DNA from: an uncultured Verrucomicrobiae bacterium
Lineage (GTDB): Bacteria; Verrucomicrobiota; Verrucomicrobiia; Chthoniobacterales; UBA10450
Direction: 5' to 3'
Length of the DNA stretch: 64,000 nt
Assembly: GCA_963801815.1 (NCBI GenBank)
Contig: CAWDGJ010000007.1
Coordinates: forward strand, 96,001 to 160,000
Each line of letters opens with the position of its first letter. Within the stretch, counting starts at the first letter, position 1. Of this stretch, positions 19,697 to 29,943 are shown piece after piece. Made by a program: the position numbers and the translations under genes. The notes under the pieces were generated by a model, which was given only the letters and a program-made list of their open reading frames with translations, had not been told where the DNA came from and did not search any database.

Positions 19697-20513
19697 CAGA
19701 GCTGAAGACGTCGGAACAATTCGTCCAGCGGCAGTTGAATCCCGATGAAAAATTCACCGAAATCAGCGTATTCCGCGCTCACCGGATCGAACCGCATTTC
19801 GTAAACGATCGATTTGATCTGGAAAGTGTCGCGCGCGAAAAGAGTGACCCCCCACTCCGCGTCATCGAGTCCGGTCGAGCCGGTGATGAGTTGCTTCACT
19901 TTGCCGGCGTATTGGCGACCGACGTTGGCGTGGCCTTTCATCAACTTGCGACGCTCATCGAACGGCAACGCGTACCAGTTGCGATGTTCACCGCGGCGCT
20001 TGCTCATATTATAGAAACAAACGACCGGCCAATCGGGCAGCGTCGGATAAACACGCTCCTGCCGGTAATGCTTCATTCGATCGCGAAACGTGTTCAATGC
20101 CGCTTCGAGTTTCGCGGGATCGCCCTTCGGTTTCCGCATCCAGGGTCGCGATGTACTCTTCGTCCGTCGTGATGTATTCGCTTTCCTCCGTTAGCGACAA
20201 ATAACTGTAGACCGGCGGTGAGCACGTCCGCGCCGAGCGACAGCGAAAGCTGTTTCTCGATCCGGTTCGCATTTTGCAGATCGGGCGTGATCAACATGAA
20301 TCCGAGATCGGCTTTCGGCGTGACCACGCTAAGCGTGAGCAGTTGCGTCGACTCCGTCGCTCGGACTTCCTGGACGAGCTTTGTCAGATTCGTTTTGGCA
20401 GCGTTTTGGTCATCGCGATCAAGCAAATTCCACTGACCGTGCTCGATCTGATAAAACAAATGCAGGCAATGCCAGCCCTGTTCGGGAATCAACGTTGTGT
20501 TTTTGTCAGTCAC
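19696..20513 (-). CDS. chdC: Coproheme decarboxylase (HemQ/ChdC; chlorite-dismutase fold), frameshifted
   Basis: [10 protein letters not shown]-terminus; [60 protein letters not shown]. Confidence 0.8.
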
Positions 20514-20551
20514 GGCTGGTAGTTTCGGCTCGTGCGACCAACGGTCAAGAC

Positions 20552-20620
20552 GTTGTAGCGGCGTTTGTTCTCAAACGCCGAGCCAAATAAACAGGCGCTT
20601 GGCACAAGCGCCTCTACAAC
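20552..20620. repeat. REP-like palindrome, family B, copy 1
   Basis: GTTGTAGCGGCGTTTGTTCTCAAACGCCG ... AGGCGCTTGGCACAAGCGCCTCTACAAC; near-identical copy at 33590-33657. Confidence 0.8.
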
Positions 20621-21399
20621 TGCGGCGCAGTTTGCGCGCTCGGTAAGTGCTCCATGCAATATTCATCACCGTCGCTCGCGACTCGGAATTCCAGATCCGG
20701 ATCGGTTAATTCAGTCCGCCCACAGACGGCGCACTTATGAAGCGATTCCGTCTCCGGCTTAGATTGCACTTCAAATCGACGTCTTCGCTCCGAAACCTCG
20801 CGACGATGCCGCGCCTGGTGAATTAGTTCTGGTCCGAAAAAGATCAGATAATTCGCAAACGCCGCAATCAGCGCCGCCCGATAGATTTCGGACCCGAAAA
20901 GAAGCCAAGAATCAGGAACGCGGCGTAGATCCAGGCCAGCCATTTGATCCGAACCGGTAGGATGAAAAGGATATAAATCATTTCCTCGGGATAAAATCGC
21001 GCAAACGCAAAGAACAACGATGACATCAGCATCGCGTTCGAAAAGTTACTGCCGAAAAAGAACGCGGCGATCGTCGTCCCGATCATGCCGATCACGAAAT
21101 ACAAGGTGAATCGAAACGCGCCCATCGCCCGCTCGGTGCCCTCCCCAATCCACCAAAGAAACCAGAGCGCGAAGATCACCCAGCAGCGGGCTCAGTCGTT
21201 TGCGGAATAAAAATGTAAGTGATGAGTCGCCATACCTCGCCGTGACGGATTTTGTTCGGATCGAGCATCAGCATCGACTAAATCCGGGAAGCGCCCACGA
21301 TAGGCCGAACACTAGCGCCGCGAATCCAACCAAAATGCGCAGCAATCCGGGAATTCCGAGAAAACCCAGACGGCGCTCTAGTTTGTCGAGCCAGCTCAT
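20614..21399 (-). CDS. Rhomboid-like membrane protein with C-terminal Zn-ribbon-like motif, frameshifted
   Basis: [19 protein letters not shown] start; [37 protein letters not shown] tail. Confidence 0.7.
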
Positions 21400-21434
21400 G
21401 GTTGCGCACGGTAAGAGAACGCGAGAAGTGCTTC

Positions 21435-21525
21435 AAGGTGGATCGAGCAGTCCCTTGCTCGATGTTATTTTTGGCGGCGAAGCCGCATTATTTCAGCATC
21501 GCCCGCGGAGCGGCCGATCCACCTT
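21435..21525. repeat. REP-like palindromic element (GTGG type)
   Basis: Terminal inverted repeats AAGGTGGATCG / CGATCCACCTT with internal hairpins (CGAGCA..TGCTCG; CGGCGAAGCCG). Confidence 0.65.
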
Positions 21526-21559
21526 TGCATGTCATGAAGCACCGCTTAGTTTGGAATTT

Positions 21560-22644
21560 GTGACCGAAATTGCGACAAAAAAGACAGCGCTTTATGACGA
21601 GCACGTGAAGCTCGGCGCGAAGATGGTCCCGTTCGCCGGCTGGCTGATGCCGGTGCAATACACCAGCATCATGGAAGAACATCAGGCCGTGCGAAAAAAC
21701 GTCGGCATGTTCGACATTTCGCACATGGGCCAATTGATCGTCGAAGGCAAGGCGATGCGCGCGCCTGGCTGAACACAATGTTGACCAACAACGTCGACAA
21801 ACTCGAGGTCGGTCAGGGCCAATACACCTTTCTGCTCAACGACAAAGCCGGAATCATCGACGACTTGATCGCGTATCGAATCGGCGACGCGAAGATTCCT
21901 GCTGGTCGTGAATGCGTCGCGCGCGGATGAAGATCTCGATTGGCTGAAAAAACATTTGCGCGGCGATCGTGAAGATCGAAAGTCGGAGCGCGAATTTCGG
22001 CGGCGTCGCGATCCAGGGCCCGCGCATTGGCGAATTGTTCCCGGACTTGCCCGCACGCAATCATATCGTCGATCGTCGATTTCGAAGGAATGCCGATCTC
22101 GATCGCCCGTACCGGATACACCGGCGAAGACGGCGTCGAAGTTTTCTTTCGCAACAGCGATGCGAGCGAAGTTTTGGAACACGGTGCTCGAAAAAGGAAA
22201 ATCTCGGATCTCAAACCATGCGGACTCGGCTCGCGCGACACGTTGCGCCTGGAAATGTGTTATCCGCTCAACGGCTCTGATCTTTCTCCGGAACGCAATC
22301 CGATCGAAGCCGGGCTCGGTTTCTTTGTGGATCTAACGAAACCGAAATTCATCGGTCGCGACGTTTTAGTGAAAACCAAAGAGAACGGGCCGCGCGAAAA
22401 ATTGGTGCCGTTCAAAATGAAAGACAAAGGTCCGCCCCCGCCGCGCCCACATTATTCCGTTTTCGAAAACGGCGAACGCATTGGCGAAGTCACCAGCGGC
22501 ACGCTTTCGCCAAGCTTGAATTGGGGCGTGGGAATGGCGTATGTCTCAGCCCCGCACGCGAAGATCGGCACCCAGATCGACATCGAGATTCGCGGACAGA
22601 AATTTCCGGCCACGATCGAGAAAAAACCGTTATATAAAAAGTAA
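21560..22644 (+). CDS. gcvT: Glycine cleavage system T protein, several frameshifts
   Basis: [56 protein letters not shown]. Confidence 0.92.
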
Positions 22645-22681
22645 AACCGCGGCCGAAGCATTCGGCGGCCACTACAGCATC

Positions 22682-23062
22682 ATGAACGTTCCAGACGATT
22701 TGCTTTACACCGAAAGTCACGAATGGATTAAGCGCGAAGGCGACAAAATCCGCGTCGGCATCACCGATCACGCCCAAGCCGAATTGACCGACGTCGTTTT
22801 CGTCGAGCTGCCGAAGGTCGATCGTCAAGCGAACGCGAAGGAAGCGATTGCCGTTGTCGAATCGGTGAAAGCGGCGAGCGACATTTACGCGCCGGTCAAA
22901 GGCACCGTCGTCGAAGCAAACAAAGCGCTCGAAGCCGATCCGGGCTTGATCAATCGCGAACCGTTCGGCCAGGGCTGGTTGTTCGTCATGAAGATCGACA
23001 ATCCCGACGATCTCAAAAATCTGAAAGACGCCGCCGCTTACAAAAAGCAAATCGGCGGTTAA
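22682..23062 (+). CDS. gcvH: Glycine cleavage system H protein
   Basis: YTESHEW, VGITDHAQ, VESVKAASD lipoyl-Lys motif, GQGWLF. Confidence 0.96.
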   Translation: MNVPDDLLYTESHEWIKREGDKIRVGITDHAQAELTDVVFVELPKVDRQANAKEAIAVVESVKAASDIYAPVKGTVVEANKALEADPGLINREPFGQGWLFVMKIDNPDDLKNLKDAAAYKKQIGG

Positions 23063-23614
23063 TGCCGAGATTTTTTCGAACACCGTTGGATTTCCGGAAC
23101 GTGGCTCAACAAAAATCACGCGATAGCGTCGGAGCTTTGGGTCGGTTTCCATCGAAAGAGATTCCGGCAGACCGAGCATCACCTGGACGGAGTCGGTGGA
23201 TGAGGCGCTTTGTTTTGGCTGGATCGACGGGATTCGGAAACGGGTCGACGAACTCAGTTATCAAATTCGCTTCACGCCGCGACGACGCGGCAGCATCTGG
23301 AGCGCGATCAACATCAAGCGCGCGCAAGAACTAACGAAACAAAAACGAATGCGGCCGACGGGAATGAAAGCGTTCGCAGCGCGGATCGAAAACAAATCAG
23401 GAATTTACTCCTACGAACAACGCACGACCGAGTTGGACCAGACCGTACGCCAGACCGCTGAAGAAAAACAAAACAGCCTGGGATTTTTTTCAGGCGCAGC
23501 CGCCATCGTATCGAAAAATGACCGCCTGGTACATCATCAGCGCGAAGAAAGAAGAAACGCGATCGCAGCGAATGGCGACTAATTGCAGCGTCCGCGAAAA
23601 GAAAACGGCTTTGA
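23062..23614 (+). CDS. YdeI/OmpD-associated family protein, frameshifted
   Basis: DEALCFGWIDG, FTPRRRGSIWSAIN, IISAKKEETR segments in shifting frames. Confidence 0.8.
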
Positions 23615-23643
23615 GACGACTACGAGCGCGGGTGAAATTCAAC

Positions 23644-24021
23644 TCAGTCTTTGCCGAAGAGCAATTCGTCGACGCCGCGGAGAACTTCTTCGACGCGGAT
23701 GGGCGCGGCGAAGAAGCTGTAGCCGGACAGAATTCCGCCGGAGATCATCTGGCTTTCGGGGCGGAGACTGGTCAGCGAAAGGACCGGCGTGTCGTTGAGC
23801 GCGGCATCGGCGTGGATCTCGCGCTCGATGTTACGGCGCTCCTGGCCGGCGGTGTCGACGAGGATGAGATCCGGCTGAAACCAACGTGCAGCGTTCAACG
23901 CCAGCTTATCGTCGTGTTCTTCGCGAATGACATATTTCCCGGCGCGTTCCAGCGCTCGCCGGATGAGACGAGTGACGCCGGGTTCGTGATCGATTAAGAG
24001 GATTTTCTTTTGAAATTTCAT
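23644..24021 (-). CDS. Single-domain response-regulator-like protein (atypical receiver)
   Basis: ILLIDHE, PDLILVD, TPVLSLTS; canonical KP replaced by AP. Confidence 0.75.
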   Translation of the reverse strand: MKFQKKILLIDHEPGVTRLIRRALERAGKYVIREEHDDKLALNAARWFQPDLILVDTAGQERRNIEREIHADAALNDTPVLSLTSLRPESQMISGGILSGYSFFAAPIRVEEVLRGVDELLFGKD

Positions 24022-24084
24022 GTGGTTGATGGTTAACGCCCCATTCCCAGCATCGCTTGGCCATGCCAGCGCCTGGTGACCGAA

Positions 24085-24201
24085 GTATCCCAGCGTTTTA
24101 ACGCGGGGAATCAGGCCTTAGAATCCGGTTGAGTCCCGCGCAGGGACGGCGAGAACCGTTTGTGCGCATCTCAGATCCCAGCGCTGAAGCGCTCGGGCTA
24201 T
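24085..24201. repeat. MITE/REP-like element, family C (degenerate)
   Basis: CCCAGCGTTTTAACGCGGGG ... AGTCCC..AGGGACGGC ... CCCAGCGCTGAAGCGCTCGGGCTAT; matches 47792-47932. Confidence 0.65.
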
Positions 24202-24280
24202 GATCAGAACGTGCTCGATGCCGCGAACGCGCAATCGCTGCTTTCATCTTGGCGCCGCTGTGCTTAATTTCGCGTTCGCC

Positions 24281-24594
24281 ATGAGCAGCAAGGCCAAGTC
24301 CCCGGGCGCGGAGTTGAATTTTGAGAAAGCGATGAGCCGGCTCGAGGCGATTGTCGAACAGATGGAGACCGGGAAATTGCCGCTCGAGGATTTGATTGTG
24401 CGCTACGAGGAAGGAATGAACCTGGTGAAGGTTTGCCAGGAACGCCTGACCAGCGCCGAGCAAAAAATCGAGATCATCGCTCGCAACAGCGCCGGCAAGG
24501 CGGTAGTGAAAGATTTTGAACCCGCAGCCGAATCGTCCAACGATGATCAGGGTAAGGAAAAGGAACTAAAGATGACGAAGTCAGACTCTTCTGA
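24281..24594 (+). CDS. xseB: Exodeoxyribonuclease VII small subunit (appears fused to dxs, probably through an indel)
   Basis: FEKAMSRLEAIVEQMETGKLPLEDLIVRYEEG..CQERL..AEQKI; alternative-frame ending DDEVRLF*. Confidence 0.88.
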
Positions 24595-26512
24595 AACAAC
24601 GACAACGGTGGAAACGCCAGAAACGTTTGCTGGACGGAATTCATTCGGACCCGCGGACATCAAGGCGCTGCGCGAACAGGACCTGCCGCAGCTGGCCCAG
24701 GAAGTTCGCGAAGAGCTGATCCACGTGTTGTCGCAAACCGGCGGGCATCTCGGGCCGAATCTCGGCGTGGTCGAACTGACGATCGCGCTTCATCGCGTGT
24801 TCAACACCCCGAAGGACCGATTCGTCATGGACGTGAGCCATCAGGGTTACGTCCACAAAATGTTCACCGGCCGGCTCGATCGTTTCTCCACGATGCGGCA
24901 GTTCGGCGGACTTAACGGATTTCTTCTGCGCACCGAAAGCGAACACGATTGTTACGGCGCCGGTCACGCCGGTACCGCTTTGTCGGCCGCGCTCGGCATG
25001 GCCGTCGGCCGCGATCTTCGCGGTGGCGACGAACACATCATCGCGATTGCGGGCGATGCGGCGTTCACCTGCGGAATCAGTTACGAAGCGCTGAACAATA
25101 TTCGCACCCAGACCAAGAAGTTCATCGTCGTGCTGAACGACAACGAATGGTCGATCGCGAAGAATGTCGGCGCGATTGCGAATTACTTTAACCGCATCGT
25201 CACCAATCCGACCTATGCGCATTTGCACGACAAGGCGCGCGATTTCGTTGAATGGATCCTCGGCAAAACCGGCGTGCAGTTCGCGCACAAGGTCGAAGAG
25301 AGCGTCAAAGGTTTGCTGGTGCCGAGCGTCATCTTTGAGGAACTCGGTCTGCGCTATTACGGACCGATCGACGGGCACGACATTCCGCTGCTGATCCGCA
25401 CGTTTGAATTTCTGAAAACACAGGACGAGCCGGTGTTGCTTCACATTCTGACGAAAAAGGGCAAAGGCTACGAACCGGCGATCAAGCAGCCGGACAAGTT
25501 TCACGGCCTCGGCAAATACAAAATCGAGAGCGGCGAGACCGCGCCGACGCCGACCCCGACGTATTCGGAGATTATCGGCAAGACGCTGGCGAAATTCGCC
25601 GACAACAATCAGAAGCTGGTCGCGATCACCGCAGCGATGCCGAGCGGCACCGGCCTTGGACATTTTCAAAAGGCGCATCCTGGTCGTTACTTCGACGTTG
25701 GAATTGCGGAAGAACATGCCGCGCTCTTCGCCTGCGGTCTGGCGACGCAGGGACTGACGCCGTTTCTCGCGATCTACTCCACGTTTTTCCAGCGCGCTTA
25801 CGACATGGCGATTCACGACATGGCGATTCAAAAACTGAATGTGCGGCTTTGCATGGACCGCGCCGGATTGAGCGGCGACGACGGTCCGACGCATCACGGT
25901 TTGTTCGACATCGGCTATCTGCGGCACATCCCGAATTGGGTGCACATGCAGCCGAAGGATGAAGACGAATTCGTCGACATGCTTTGGACGATGGCGAACT
26001 ACAATTCAGGACCGATCGCAGTTCGTTATCCACGCGGATCCGGCACCGGCGCCAAAATCAAACCGGAACCGAAGCTGCTCGAGATCGGCAAGGCCGAAGT
26101 GGTGAAGCATGGACGCGACGTCGCGATTTTCGGTCTCGGCAACATGTTCGAAGTCGCTGAGGAAGCGGCGAAGAAGCTCGAGGAAAAAGGAATTTCGGTC
26201 GCGCTGATCAATCCGCGCTGGATCAAGCCGATGGACACCGGCACGCTCGAGTTTTTCGCGCGCAGCGTCGAAGTCGTTGCGACCATCGAAGATCACGTTC
26301 TGCACAACGGATTCGGCTGCGCCGTGATGGAGCATCTGCATTCCCAGCAAATCAACACGCCGGTCGTGCGGATCGGTTGGCCGGATGAATTCATCGAGCA
26401 CGGCGCCGTTCCGCTTCTGCGCAAGAAGCACGGCATCACCGCCGACGCGCTGGTCGAGAAAGTCCTGGCAGTTCTAAAGAAAAAGCCAGTGCCGAGAACC
26501 AGCGTCGCTTGA
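24572..26512 (+). CDS. dxs: 1-deoxy-D-xylulose-5-phosphate synthase
   Basis: GGHLGPNLGVVELT, DVSHQGY, GDAA..LNDNEWSI, FDVGIAEEHA, DGPTHHG. Confidence 0.97.
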   Translation: MTKSDSSETTTTVETPETFAGRNSFGPADIKALREQDLPQLAQEVREELIHVLSQTGGHLGPNLGVVELTIALHRVFNTPKDRFVMDVSHQGYVHKMFTGRLDRFSTMRQFGGLNGFLLRTESEHDCYGAGHAGTALSAALGMAVGRDLRGGDEHIIAIAGDAAFTCGISYEALNNIRTQTKKFIVVLNDNEWSIAKNVGAIANYFNRIVTNPTYAHLHDKARDFVEWILGKTGVQFAHKVEESVKGLLVPSVIFEELGLRYYGPIDGHDIPLLIRTFEFLKTQDEPVLLHILTKKGKGYEPAIKQPDKFHGLGKYKIESGETAPTPTPTYSEIIGKTLAKFADNNQKLVAITAAMPSGTGLGHFQKAHPGRYFDVGIAEEHAALFACGLATQGLTPFLAIYSTFFQRAYDMAIHDMAIQKLNVRLCMDRAGLSGDDGPTHHGLFDIGYLRHIPNWVHMQPKDEDEFVDMLWTMANYNSGPIAVRYPRGSGTGAKIKPEPKLLEIGKAEVVKHGRDVAIFGLGNMFEVAEEAAKKLEEKGISVALINPRWIKPMDTGTLEFFARSVEVVATIEDHVLHNGFGCAVMEHLHSQQINTPVVRIGWPDEFIEHGAVPLLRKKHGITADALVEKVLAVLKKKPVPRTSVA

Positions 26513-26545
26513 AGGGTTGAAGGATGAGGGATGAACGATGAAAAG
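26510..26545. repeat. Left arm of 7-nt tandem repeats
   Basis: TGAAGGGT-TGAAGGA-TGAGGGA-TGAACGA-TGAAAAG, starting at the dxs stop codon. Confidence 0.8.
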
Positions 26546-26943
26546 GACGACTTGCGTAAACGCACCAAGCGCTTCGCTCATCGCGTCATCAAACTCTACG
26601 AAACTTTACCCCGCGCAGGTGCCACGCACGTTTTAGCTCATCAGTTATTGCGCTCCGGGACCTCAGTCGGCGCCAACTTTCGAGAAGCACATCGTGCAAG
26701 ATCGAATGCCGAATTCGTATCCAAAGTTGGTGATTCACTGAAAGAGCTCGAAGAAACTGCCTACTCGCTTGAACTGCTGGTTGAATCGGAGCAGTCAGCG
26801 AAAAGAAACTGCGATTGCTCCGCGACGAAACATCACAACTGACGGCGATCCTTACATCAATCGCGAAAAAGATTCGTTCGCGACTTTCATTTCATCCCTC
26901 ATCGTTCATCGTTCATCCTTCATCCTTTCATGGCCGCAATTGA
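26531..26943 (+). CDS. Four-helix-bundle protein (23S rRNA IVP / Avd-like), frameshift near 26790
   Basis: DLRKRTKRFA..QLLRSGTSVGANFREA.RARS.AEF.SK..SLKELEET; continues as LRDETSQLTAILTSIAKK in a shifted frame. Confidence 0.9.
26885..26932. repeat. Right arm of 7-nt tandem repeats (inverted)
   Basis: TTTCATT-TCATCCC-TCATCGT-TCATCGT-TCATCCT-TCATCCT-TTCATG, ending in the next gene's ATG. Confidence 0.85.
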
Positions 26944-27916
26944 AGCCCGCGATTTAACCAAGGTTTACCGCACCTACCGCAAGGAGAGCGGTCTCTGGGG
27001 CGCGGTCAAGGGACTGGTTAAGCGCCACTACGATGAAACGCGCGCGGCCGACGCGTTTCATTCCAAATCGAGGAAGGCGAGTTTGTCGGCTTTCTCGGAC
27101 CGAACGGCGCCGGCAAAACGACCGTGCTCAAAATGCTGTCCGGCTTGCTGAATCCGACCACCGGCGATGCGCGCGTGCTCGGTTTTGTTCCGTGGGAGCG
27201 CCGCAACGAAATGAAGCGCCAGTTCAGCCTGCTCATGGGCCAGAAGAATGCGCTCTGGTGGGATCTTGCCCGCGCAGGAATCGCTCGAGCTCAATCGCGC
27301 CATTTACGGAATCGATCGCGACCGATTCAACAAAGTCGTCGGCGGTCTGACCGAGCTCCTCGAGGTGACCGACAAGATGAACGTCATGGTGCGCGAGCTT
27401 TCGCTGGGCGAGCGCATGAAGATGGAATTGATCTCCGCGCTGATCCACGAGCCGCGGGTCCTGTTTTTAGACGAACCGACCATCGGTCTCGATGTCGTTA
27501 GTCAAAAGCGGGTTCGCGAATTTCTGCGCATTTACAACAAGGAACATCGCATCGTGACGCTGCTGACGAGTCATTACATGCAGGACATCGAGGAATTGAC
27601 GCATCGCGTGCTGGTCATCGATCACGGCAAAATCTTCTTCGATGGACCGCTCGACAAAATTGTCGATCGGTTCGCGGTTTACAAAATCGTGAGCCTCACC
27701 TTCGACGCAAAGCCAAACTGCGATTTTTCGCGCTTCGGCGAAGTGATCGAACAAACGCCGATGTCGGTGCAACTGAAAGTCCCGCGCGCCAAGGTGACCG
27801 AGACCACGCGCGAAGTGCTTCAGTCCTGCGACGTGATCGATATCAACGTGCAGGAAGTTCCGGTCGAAGAAGTGATTCGCCAGCTTTTCGGCGAGCGCCC
27901 GAAATTCGGCGAGTGA
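26930..27916 (+). CDS. ABC transporter ATP-binding protein (ABC-2/DrrA-like), frameshifted
   Basis: GPNGAGKTT Walker A; LSLGERMK signature; [16 protein letters not shown]. Confidence 0.9.
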
Positions 27917-27937
27917 AGTTCCGCGAAGCGAAGTGGC

Positions 27938-28204
27938 CTAAGGACGAATCAAAGCGCGCTTGAGTTCGTGCGTGTAGGCCGGATTTACTTCGAACGCAGT
28001 GACCGGCATCTCGGCCAGCTGAATTTGTTCGGAGTAAGGAATGCTCTCAACGAAACCGGCCGCCATCAGGCTGTTGAGCATGTCGATCACGTCATCCGAT
28101 TCCATTCGGACGTTGTCTTGAATTTCGCGCCCGAGCATTGAATTCGCAAAACCAATAGCGCGAACGACAGTGGCTTCGCGGCCGCTGAGTTTGATCATTC
28201 GCAT
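27938..28204 (-). CDS. Small hypothetical protein, possibly winged-helix
   Basis: MRMIKLSGREATVVRAIGF...; own TAATTT -10-like box 8 nt upstream of the ATG; in frame with the upstream epimerase ORF. Confidence 0.6.
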   Translation of the reverse strand: MRMIKLSGREATVVRAIGFANSMLGREIQDNVRMESDDVIDMLNSLMAAGFVESIPYSEQIQLAEMPVTAFEVNPAYTHELKRALIRP

Positions 28205-28249
28205 ATCGGAGAAAATTAGCAGCTTCCATACCGATAGCTGGGCGGGCGA

Positions 28250-29116
28250 TTCAGGTCCGGCGCGTTCGTGCATCAAGTTCGGCAGCACGCTTTTCTCCAT
28301 ACCAGCGGCAAAGTTCGGGTATCGCGGAACCCAGCCAATATCTCGCAATTTCGCATTGCTCACGCGTTTGTTGCTGTCGCCTCGTTTTCGTTTCGACGTC
28401 GATTCCCCAGACGGTGGCAATGGGCGATTAAGTGCAGCCGCGAGCCAGCGATAACATTCGCTCTGCAAAATCGGCTCGTCATCGACCACATTGTAAATCT
28501 GTCCGGCAGACGCCACCGATTGGAGCAGAACCGAAATCGCCGTCGCCGCGTCGTCGCGATGAATCTGATTCACAAAGCGGTCGGTTCCCGGGTCCAGAGT
28601 TGCGCGACCGTCGAGCAATTTTTGCAACAACGCCGACCGGTGCGGCCCATAAATGCCGCCAAGCCTGGCGACGACGCCGCGACTTACCAGGACTAGTTGC
28701 TCGGCCTCACGCAGAATTTTGCCGGTTTCGTGCTTAGGTTCCGCCGCGCTTTCTTCCGTGACTGACTCGCCGTGTGTCTGCGCGTAAACACTGGTGCTGC
28801 TGACAAACAACACTTTCGTTTCTTCAAAACATCCAAGTAGATTTCGCGCGCCATCCAAATAAACCCGCCGATAAAGGTTCTCGTCGCCTCCGCGCGTGCT
28901 CGCGCAATGAATCACCACGTCGAATTTCGCTTTGTGAGCGACGACATTCTTTTCGCTCGAAATGTCGACACTCTGCCCGCGATGACCGTTTCGTGAAAGT
29001 TCCTGCGCTGATTCGGCAGACATTGTCCAGCCTTCGACCTCCCAACGTTCGGCGGCCAGCAAATCGGCAAGCGCCCGGCCAACATAACCGCATCCGGCAA
29101 TGAGTGCGCGGGGCAT
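28250..29116 (-). CDS. NAD-dependent epimerase/dehydratase (extended SDR)
   Basis: LIAGCGYVG, SSTSVY, RLGGIYGP, NQIHRDD, KRVSNAKL; end approximate. Confidence 0.85.
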
Positions 29117-29126
29117 GCCGGCGATC

Positions 29127-29852
29127 TTAGGCTGCGACGCCGGCGATTTCGATTTCGTCGAACATTTGTCGCTGAAGCGCGCGCACCTGGTTCAAGCGAA
29201 TCAATTCCAGCAACGCCAGAAACGTCACAACGATTTCAACCCGCGAAGCGATCTGATCGAACAGTTCCGAAAACCGGACCGGAGTTCCCTTTCCGATACG
29301 TTCCAGGATCTTTTCGATTTTGTCCGAGACGCTGAATCGCTCGCCAAAGATTTCGCCCAAATCTTCACGCGCTTCGACTCGTTTGATCACTTCCTGGAAG
29401 GCGTGGATCAGCTGAAAAATTCCGACCTCGTGTAACGGCAGCGGCGAGTCTGAAATCGGCACAGTGCCGCTATCGCGTGTGAAAATGCGCTCCTGCTCCA
29501 AGGCGCGATCGTGCAATTGCGCGGCCGCTTCCTTGAATTTCTTGTACTCGATCAACTGTCGAATCAGATCCCAGCGCGGATCATCCTCTTCTGCATCTTC
29601 CTCCGGCGGCTGCTGATCAAGCGGCAGAAGACTGCGGCTCTTGAGGTAGATAAGGTTCGCAGCCATGACCACGAATTCGCCGGCAATATCGATTTTCAGT
29701 TCCTTGAAGGCCTGGAGATACTCCAGGTACTGCTTGGTGATTCGTTCGATCGAAATATCGTAAATATCGATCTCGTCGCGCTTGATCAGATAAAGCAGGA
29801 GATCGAGCGGACCTTCGAAAATTTCGAGCTTAACCTTGTAATCGGTCTCCAT
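29127..29852 (-). CDS. scpA: Segregation and condensation protein A
   Basis: FEGPLDLLLYLI, LIYLKSRSLLP, VVTFLALLEL. Confidence 0.95.
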   Translation of the reverse strand: METDYKVKLEIFEGPLDLLLYLIKRDEIDIYDISIERITKQYLEYLQAFKELKIDIAGEFVVMAANLIYLKSRSLLPLDQQPPEEDAEEDDPRWDLIRQLIEYKKFKEAAAQLHDRALEQERIFTRDSGTVPISDSPLPLHEVGIFQLIHAFQEVIKRVEAREDLGEIFGERFSVSDKIEKILERIGKGTPVRFSELFDQIASRVEIVVTFLALLELIRLNQVRALQRQMFDEIEIAGVAA

Positions 29853-29943
29853 GTTTCACTGATCCTCAAAGCGGTTTCGGCGCGTCATGTCTATAGAACA
29901 CGAGACTAAACCGGGGACAAGCTCCGTTAGGAGCGGCAGGCGA

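Noticed and set aside
24641..25945. Long antisense ORFs (434 aa opposite dxs; others opposite trpB, folP, ppdK, wzc)
   Set aside because: Shadow ORFs expected from GC-rich codon bias; no recognisable motifs
24200..26512. 770-aa XseB-DXS fusion ORF
   Set aside because: A plausible XseB ending (DDEVRLF*, TGA 24592-24594) overlaps the dxs ATG in another frame; one indel in the A-runs near 24555-24570 explains the fusion, and the block is indel-rich
26510..26932. Heptamer arrays as CRISPR, or the four-helix gene as part of a DGR
   Set aside because: No spacers, cas genes, reverse transcriptase or TR/VR pair in the window
27938..29116. Epimerase fused to a small winged-helix-like domain
   Set aside because: The linker looks non-coding, the downstream part has its own -10-like box and ATG, and a single indel would restore a stop near 28250
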